64,000 bases of DNA, taken from positions 1 through 64,000 of IMG/VR virus record IMGVR_UViG_3300030060_002972, one strand, 5' to 3'. Each line of letters begins with the position of its first letter. Positions within the stretch are counted from its first letter, which is position 1. The stretch is from a virus. Both the position numbers and the translations under genes were made by a program. The notes under the pieces are model-generated. The model was not told the origin of the DNA, did not search any database, and saw only the letters and a list, made by a program, of their open reading frames with translations. Below, one piece after another: positions 58,240-64,000 of the stretch.

Positions 58240-59605
58240 ATGTGGTTACTTATTGTTAATTGCATTCTTGATAGCGTGGGCAGCAACCGCAGAAGAGATA
58301 ACGACTGGAAACCTTTTGCCAAATGGTTCTGGAAACGCAAGTAACTACCAATCTGTAGATAATACTATACCTAACGTAACAACTAATGGTTTTAATGTGG
58401 TTGGTAATGTTAGAGATTGGGGACAAGAATTAGAAACAACAGGTACAGGTAGTATTAATTACACTGGTAATTTAACTGACCATGCTACACAGCAACAATT
58501 AGACAATGGTATTAGATTAGATTCTACTACTATAGTACAAAACTGTGAGTGGGTAGGGTCTAATTGGCAGTGCGGACAAGCTAGAGCAGGTCAAGACACA
58601 TATACTACTACCGTAAAAATATTAGATGATGAAGGTAATACATTAGCCATAGTAAATCAAACTAGAAATAATGACTCTGGGTATGGTGCAAACGCATACA
58701 AGTATGAAGATTCTGTTACATATACAGGTGCGGGCAGTAATCAATTTTACTGGGAATGGGAAGGTGTAGACGAAGGCAGTTATGTAAACTTAGGTGGACC
58801 TAATTTGCTTGGTGCAAAACTTACAATGACCTATGATGACACTGTAATACCGGAAGAAACTATAGAAGAAATATATGAAGTTATAGAAGAATTTGAGGAA
58901 TGGCAAGAGACATTTGTACCAGTAGAATTTATAGAAGAGTTTATTCCGTTACCTGTTTTAATAGAAAAATTTCCTATGTCAGTGTTAGAAGAAGAAATAG
59001 TTTTTGAAGAACTTAATGCTATTGAAGAAGAGTTTGAAGAAGTAGAAATACTACAAGTATTTGGTGGACCTGAAATAGTAGAGGAACCAGAAGAAGAAGT
59101 TGTAGAAGAACCAACACCTACACAAGCTGCAATAGAACCTACACAAGAAGAAACTGAAACGGAAAGTGAACCACAAGAAGTAAATAATGAACCAGCGTTA
59201 GTAGTAGCTGAAGAACCAGAACAGGGTACAGTACCCGAAAAAACACCTAGTGTAAGTGTAGATAATATACAAGCAGAAGTAAGTGTGACAGTTAAAGAAG
59301 TAGATAAACAATTAGCTGTAGTTAACGTAGTAGCGGCTAAGATGATAGAAGATAAACAAGTAGATATTTCTAGTTATTACAAACAATACACAGATAACCG
59401 TGAGATTTATGATAGTCGTATCTATGAAGATTTGCGTATATTAGATAATTATGATATACAAATATATAACAATAATAATAAATTTGTAGCTATATCTGTT
59501 AATGACCCTGTATTAAAATATCAAGTACAATTTCAGAAAGCTAGAAGTATACGTATACAAAAAGAAAAAGAATTAGAATATTTAAGGAGACAATATGCTA
59601 GATAA
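58214..59605 (+). CDS. Exported acidic protein (unit B)
   Basis: Homologue of 16442..17815. Confidence 0.7.
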   Translation: MIYMETMIKCGYLLLIAFLIAWAATAEEITTGNLLPNGSGNASNYQSVDNTIPNVTTNGFNVVGNVRDWGQELETTGTGSINYTGNLTDHATQQQLDNGIRLDSTTIVQNCEWVGSNWQCGQARAGQDTYTTTVKILDDEGNTLAIVNQTRNNDSGYGANAYKYEDSVTYTGAGSNQFYWEWEGVDEGSYVNLGGPNLLGAKLTMTYDDTVIPEETIEEIYEVIEEFEEWQETFVPVEFIEEFIPLPVLIEKFPMSVLEEEIVFEELNAIEEEFEEVEILQVFGGPEIVEEPEEEVVEEPTPTQAAIEPTQEETETESEPQEVNNEPALVVAEEPEQGTVPEKTPSVSVDNIQAEVSVTVKEVDKQLAVVNVVAAKMIEDKQVDISSYYKQYTDNREIYDSRIYEDLRILDNYDIQIYNNNNKFVAISVNDPVLKYQVQFQKARSIRIQKEKELEYLRRQYAR

Positions 59606-59831
59606 ATTACAAAAATATGCAATGATAGTTGGTGTGGTATCTGCTATTGGTGGCGGTTTCTACGCATGGGGTGAGTTTAATACTAGATTAGATGCAGTAT
59701 CTCAAGCAATAGGCAGTGACAATGTAGAAAAACTACAACAACAAGTTAATTTGTTAGATAAAAAATTGGAAGTCTTAGAAGCTAAACTAGATGAGTTTAG
59801 GTCTGGACTAAATAATCCATTGGGGAAATAG
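59595..59831 (+). CDS. TM plus coiled-coil protein (unit B)
   Basis: Homologue of 17805..18038. Confidence 0.7.
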   Translation: MLDKLQKYAMIVGVVSAIGGGFYAWGEFNTRLDAVSQAIGSDNVEKLQQQVNLLDKKLEVLEAKLDEFRSGLNNPLGK

Positions 59832-59833
59832 AT

Positions 59834-61132
59834 ATGGTAACACCTAAAATACGTATGATAAAAACAAAAGACGGTTATTACGCAGTTAGCCCTGTACGTT
59901 GGGATAGTGAACTACAAAAAAATCGTTTTATTACAGACGATGAGTGTGCTGCAGAGGCATTAGAATCTGCTAGTGCACATGTAATAGAATATTTTACTAA
60001 TGAAAAAGATGCAACAGCGTACACAAAAGCACAAATTGTTCCATATAATAAAAATATAGCAGGAACAGCCTATAAACAAATTGCAGGTTTTGATAAAAAA
60101 GACCAGCAAAGTATAGAGGACCATTTGTCTGGACGTTTAGCTCCAATCAGAATTACAAACAAATCAGATTTTAACAGATACAAAAAATTTATACCTGCAA
60201 CAGTACAAAACGCATTAATTAAAAGTAATTTTACTATGCCATTTTCTATTGCTAACCCGTATGACACCGGTAGTTTGGATGCAAACCACGGTAAATTAAA
60301 TAGAGAACAGGAATTACACAACGCTAATTCACGTTATTTTCCAGGTTATATTCCAGACTATAATTTTAGGGGTGCAGGTAATTTAGATATGGACACTATG
60401 GAATACACCGAAAGAGCAAATGTAGGTAGGACTTTTAGTTATGGTGATGATATGTTACAACTGTTTAGACATTCACATGGGTTAACTTATAAAGGTAAAT
60501 ACGATGCAACAAAACCTGGGTTTACCTGGAGAAATGCTTTTGCAGTATCAACTGATACAGATACGTACTTAAAAAAAGCTAATGGATTTATTAAACAAAT
60601 GCCTAAATTTTTGAACATGACCGGCAGTACGTTTACAGAAAATTGGAAACCTTACGGCAATGACAAAAGAACACCAGAAACTATGCAAGAATTATTGTAT
60701 ACACTTTTAGGAATAGGTCTTATGGAATCTGGATATAATGAAATGAATGAAGAAGAACAGCAACTAGCTTTGGCTGACTTAAAAACTCGTTACTCAATAC
60801 TACATCCAATGATGCAAAACTTTGATATGGTTCTTAGAAACCACGGATACCAACATGGGTACGTAGATTACTTAGCTGCGGATGACGACAAAAAAGATGC
60901 ATTTCGTAAAAGACTAACGGAGAAGTTGCGTACACCAGAGTATGAAATATCTCGTAACAATGGTGAGGCAATGAGAAAATTTATGATAAAACTTACAGAG
61001 ATACCTACAGAACAAAATGACAGAATACAAAAACAAATACAAAAAGACGGTACTATTAACACAGATAATTTATTAAGAACTAAACCAACAGAGGCTGATA
61101 TTACACTAACTAACCCGCCTCTAGGAGACTAA
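59834..61132 (+). CDS. 432-aa hypothetical protein, unit B only
   Basis: Long ORF inserted between two genes that are adjacent in unit A. Confidence 0.75.
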   Translation: MVTPKIRMIKTKDGYYAVSPVRWDSELQKNRFITDDECAAEALESASAHVIEYFTNEKDATAYTKAQIVPYNKNIAGTAYKQIAGFDKKDQQSIEDHLSGRLAPIRITNKSDFNRYKKFIPATVQNALIKSNFTMPFSIANPYDTGSLDANHGKLNREQELHNANSRYFPGYIPDYNFRGAGNLDMDTMEYTERANVGRTFSYGDDMLQLFRHSHGLTYKGKYDATKPGFTWRNAFAVSTDTDTYLKKANGFIKQMPKFLNMTGSTFTENWKPYGNDKRTPETMQELLYTLLGIGLMESGYNEMNEEEQQLALADLKTRYSILHPMMQNFDMVLRNHGYQHGYVDYLAADDDKKDAFRKRLTEKLRTPEYEISRNNGEAMRKFMIKLTEIPTEQNDRIQKQIQKDGTINTDNLLRTKPTEADITLTNPPLGD

Positions 61133-61374
61133 TGGACGAATACGGAATGATAGAAAGTATGATTACAAATGTAGGTTTTCCTATAGCTGTAGCTTTCTTT
61201 GTTTTGTACAAACTAAATCAAAGTCTAGATAAACTACGTGGTAGTGTAGATAGATTATATGATTTAATGTCTGAAAAAGATGTAACTATGAAAGAACTAA
61301 CTTTGAAAGTAGATTACTTAGAACGTGCTGTACATAGATACAATAGAAATAATAGGAAAAAACCCCACCAGTAA
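61132..61374 (+). CDS. YvrJ-like membrane protein (unit B)
   Basis: ITNVGFPIAVAFFVL. Confidence 0.65.
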   Translation: MDEYGMIESMITNVGFPIAVAFFVLYKLNQSLDKLRGSVDRLYDLMSEKDVTMKELTLKVDYLERAVHRYNRNNRKKPHQ

Positions 61375-61384
61375 TTAGTGGGGT
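61357..61384 (-). terminator. Intrinsic terminator of leftward operon (unit B)
   Basis: Minus strand accccacta-attac-tggtggggt followed by a T run. Confidence 0.65.
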
Positions 61385-61418
61385 ACCGCATGCAACTGAA
61401 CGCCATAGTTACAAGGGG

Positions 61419-61907
61419 TTAATTAAGTGTTGACGTATCATCATCTGGATATGGGTCGTATAAACTTGGTAGTATTTCCTTAGAATATACTTCCCATGGC
61501 ACTATACTTAAATCACAAGTATCATACCCTGCGTCTATAGACTCTTGTATAATTTTAATTTTAGTATTTGTTGCATCATTGTGTGTATCTACACGATTAT
61601 ATGTAATTCTGTTACGTATTAAACTTGTAGTTAAATCCTTAGGTAACATGTACGACATCATACTATTTATCATTTGAGAACAACGATTAAATATGTTATG
61701 ATGGTACCCGTCAATAAAAATTAACTTAGCTTCTTCTAGTGCTATCAAAGCAATTAAACTAGGAAAATGTTTATCTTGCAATGAGGCATACCCTGGATTA
61801 ACCATAAATTTTACGGTCTCACTTCTAATTAATTGAGGGTTAGAAACAATAGACCAGTAGTTGTGTATGCTAAACACATCAGATAAATTACTAACTACTA
61901 CTAACAT
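61419..61907 (-). CDS. Hypothetical protein (unit B)
   Basis: Homologue of 18315..18803. Confidence 0.7.
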   Translation of the reverse strand: MLVVVSNLSDVFSIHNYWSIVSNPQLIRSETVKFMVNPGYASLQDKHFPSLIALIALEEAKLIFIDGYHHNIFNRCSQMINSMMSYMLPKDLTTSLIRNRITYNRVDTHNDATNTKIKIIQESIDAGYDTCDLSIVPWEVYSKEILPSLYDPYPDDDTSTLN

Positions 61908-62460
61908 TCTCTTCTCCGGTATATAAGAATTTTTTGTACGCTTCTAATACACTATTATGTATATCATCCCATTCACATGAGATACAAAAGAAATGAAATT
62001 TAGTTGGAAACATTGAACCTGGATGTTTAATTATATTATGCTGTAATATGTGCATAACAATATCAGGTATTAAATTATAATAAATACGTACTTTCATATT
62101 ACACAAACGTTCTATCTTACCTATTGTAGGCAACTCTATCATACGAGTAGAGTCATGTAATAAATTTTTATAAGTCATTGTTAAATAACTTTCTTTTCTT
62201 AAATAAGCTATTTTTGTTTCGTTCAACCATTCATGAAATAGCACCGGAGATATTTCTTCAGGTATAAATCTAGACAACTGCAAAGGCAACCAGTTATTGT
62301 TAACTAAAGTCAATAGTTTACTTATCATTGTAATTCTACTGTCTTGAAACATGCTAGGCATTAACATGCCTGCACCAAACTTATCTTTGTACATTAAACA
62401 AATAACACCTAAACGTTGTAGTACAAGTAAATATTCTTTATTCACTAGTGCCCTCCGCAT
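61891..62460 (-). CDS. Hypothetical protein (unit B)
   Basis: Homologue of 18772..19302. Confidence 0.7.
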   Translation of the reverse strand: MRRALVNKEYLLVLQRLGVICLMYKDKFGAGMLMPSMFQDSRITMISKLLTLVNNNWLPLQLSRFIPEEISPVLFHEWLNETKIAYLRKESYLTMTYKNLLHDSTRMIELPTIGKIERLCNMKVRIYYNLIPDIVMHILQHNIIKHPGSMFPTKFHFFCISCEWDDIHNSVLEAYKKFLYTGEENVSSS

Positions 62461-62818
62461 AAGTTGGAATTGTTAAATGCAACTCAATCCAGTCATCAAA
62501 AGCAGGTGTCATAATAAAGTTTTTTTGTGCATCTAGAGTAGCATGATATAACATCATTCCTTTTTCTTTCATGGCTCTGTAAGCATCACGTTTCATTTGT
62601 GGTTTACTAATGTAACCTTTTTTACATTGCACACCAAACCAAAAACGTTCGCCTGTATCCATGTTATATACACCACACATAATATCTGCCATACCTTTAC
62701 TACCTCTAGATTCCATAATGTGATACTTAATGCGTTTTAAGGGAGCAAGCTGATTATTCAAATACTCAACAGTACGTTTTTCAAATCTATAACCAGCTTG
62801 ATATCTTTTGTTAACCAT
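62438..62818 (-). CDS. Hjc-type Holliday junction resolvase (unit B)
   Basis: GYRFE..ESRGSKGMADI..GVQCK. Confidence 0.75.
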   Translation of the reverse strand: MVNKRYQAGYRFEKRTVEYLNNQLAPLKRIKYHIMESRGSKGMADIMCGVYNMDTGERFWFGVQCKKGYISKPQMKRDAYRAMKEKGMMLYHATLDAQKNFIMTPAFDDWIELHLTIPTYAEGTSE

Positions 62819-63642
62819 TAATAGTTACCATCCCTATCACACACAGGTTTGTGAGGGCAAGATGCACAGATGTATTTAGGAACATCGGTTGGTAAAGCGG
62901 GTACTTGTTTACTCTGTGAGGAGTTTCGCAAGGTGTCCACCAGATGGTGAATGTATGGCTGCCAATGTTCGTAATTTTCTATTACCCTGCCCATTTTGCT
63001 GTATTTTGTATCTACAGGAATGATACAATGTTTCATATCCATAGAGCTACGTCTTGTATATAACAAGATAGCATAGGGTACGTTGTACCCAAGTTGCTTA
63101 GCTATGTATACCCACAACAATAATTGTTTTAGGTGATACTTCCAATATGTAAAATCTTTCCACTTGTAAATTTCTGTAGATTTTAATTCTAACGGTATTA
63201 AATATTTGTTACCGTCCTTGTCTTCAAATTCTTTAACAAAGTCTGTAGTAGCTGCAAATCCTATAGGTTTATCAGCATCCATTTCCACATGAATAGGAAA
63301 TTGATTCTGTTCCGCACTATCTAACCCATGGATTTTTCCAGGCATTTTGTCTATGATTCTTCCCATGGTTTGTTCGTTAACAAATCCCATAAACATTCTA
63401 CGTCTAGCCAATGGGTCAGATACCGGTGTTCTTTCCACATCAGATAGATAAGAATAATATGCTTGGCGTATGCATGTACCAAGACTTGAAGAACGTACTA
63501 AATGTTTCCTACCTTCGCCTCGTGCTTTCCATTCTTCAAATCTTAATGCAAACTCTTCGTCTAGTACAGACTCTGTTGAGTCGTGTAAAGCCTCCAGAAA
63601 CAACTCTGGGTCTGTCATTAGTTGTTTAACTGTGTAGCTCAT
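62818..63642 (-). CDS. Cas4-like exonuclease (unit B)
   Basis: SSLGTCIRQ, ELKS, CASCPHKPVC. Confidence 0.85.
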   Translation of the reverse strand: MSYTVKQLMTDPELFLEALHDSTESVLDEEFALRFEEWKARGEGRKHLVRSSSLGTCIRQAYYSYLSDVERTPVSDPLARRRMFMGFVNEQTMGRIIDKMPGKIHGLDSAEQNQFPIHVEMDADKPIGFAATTDFVKEFEDKDGNKYLIPLELKSTEIYKWKDFTYWKYHLKQLLLWVYIAKQLGYNVPYAILLYTRRSSMDMKHCIIPVDTKYSKMGRVIENYEHWQPYIHHLVDTLRNSSQSKQVPALPTDVPKYICASCPHKPVCDRDGNY

Positions 63643-63651
63643 ACAAATCTC

Positions 63652-63924
63652 CTATCCTCTTGGCTCAGCTGGTTCTCCGTCTGTTTCTTCAGCACGTAAA
63701 CTAAATGCTAAATCAGGCGGATTGTTACCATCTCTGTATTTATTCCAAAATGCTAGAACTTTGTATTTTCTACCACCAACTGTAAGAACACATGAGTATC
63801 CCCAGTCTTTTTTCCAACCACCACCAATGTTAACTAGACTTTTCTTTTCACCATTGGTATTAGCTGGAGCACTGGATTCACTACGTCCTCCTACTCTTCC
63901 GGCTCTTGGTTCACCGTATGCCAT
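63652..63924 (-). CDS. Putative small SSB (unit B)
   Basis: Start MAYGEP after AGGAGG; IGGGW..KVLAFW..PPD. Confidence 0.5.
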   Translation of the reverse strand: MAYGEPRAGRVGGRSESSAPANTNGEKKSLVNIGGGWKKDWGYSCVLTVGGRKYKVLAFWNKYRDGNNPPDLAFSLRAEETDGEPAEPRG

Positions 63925-63934
63925 AAATGACCTC

Positions 63935-64000
63935 CTATTCCCAGTTGACGCCATGTTCTTTGACATCCAAAGGGAGCTGTAAATTTATGCCTTTACCCAA
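63935..64000 (-). CDS. polA: C-terminal fragment of unit B PolA
   Basis: LGKGINLQLPLDVKEHGVNWE* aligns with unit A YNYGIELDLPLDIKNTGNNWN*. Confidence 0.8.
   Translation of the reverse strand: MGKGINLQLPLDVKEHGVNWE

Larger units (their letters stand above)
1..64000. mobile_element. Tailed bacteriophage DNA (podovirus-like), about 1.5 genome units of ~43 kb from two related phages
   Basis: TerL-portal-scaffold-capsid-tail-ejection genes on +, replication genes on -, dense ATGA/TAATG coupling, no host housekeeping genes. Confidence 0.95.
42973..64000 (+). repeat. Diverged syntenic second copy (unit B) of 5..~20890 (unit A)
   Basis: 5-94 identical to 42973-43062; 793-875 identical to 43312-43394; gene order conserved to the PolA C-terminus (offset 42,968 to 43,112). 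Confidence 0.95.

Noticed and set aside
42973-64000. Simple terminal redundancy or circular overlap of a single genome
   Set aside because: Copies differ extensively and have private genes
1-64000. Stop-codon reassignment
   Set aside because: Standard code gives intact, densely packed genes; TAG, TGA and TAA all end genes at coupled boundaries

Overview
The whole window is AT-rich, tailed-phage (podovirus-type) DNA; gene content suggests a marine phage. It holds two related but clearly different phage genome units head-to-tail, with a period of about 43 kb. Bases 5-20.9 kb (unit A: tail, three large ejection proteins, membrane/lysis cluster, Holliday resolvase, Cas4-like nuclease, SSB, PolA end) recur gene for gene at 42,973-64,000 (unit B). 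Similarity between the copies ranges from nucleotide-identical tracts to barely alignable proteins. Between the copies lie a leftward replication/early operon (UDG-fused PolA, primase, DenV-like glycosylase, DnaB-like helicase, AAA ATPase plus VWA-metallopeptidase), a structured non-coding switch region (about 31.1-31.9 kb) and a rightward packaging/head operon (TerS, basic peptides, TerL, portal, scaffold, capsid, tail fibre). The most notable signals are the hetero-tandem genome arrangement, a family of bulged TAC/GTA-triloop hairpins ahead of the first leftward genes, an exchangeable receptor-domain cassette array, wholesale replacement of the ejection genes, and restriction-site signatures (GATC apparently absent; CCGG nearly absent before 45.9 kb but common after). 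I saw no integrase, RNA polymerase, recognisable endolysin, tRNA or CRISPR array. All family assignments are by motif recognition by eye, not database searches.
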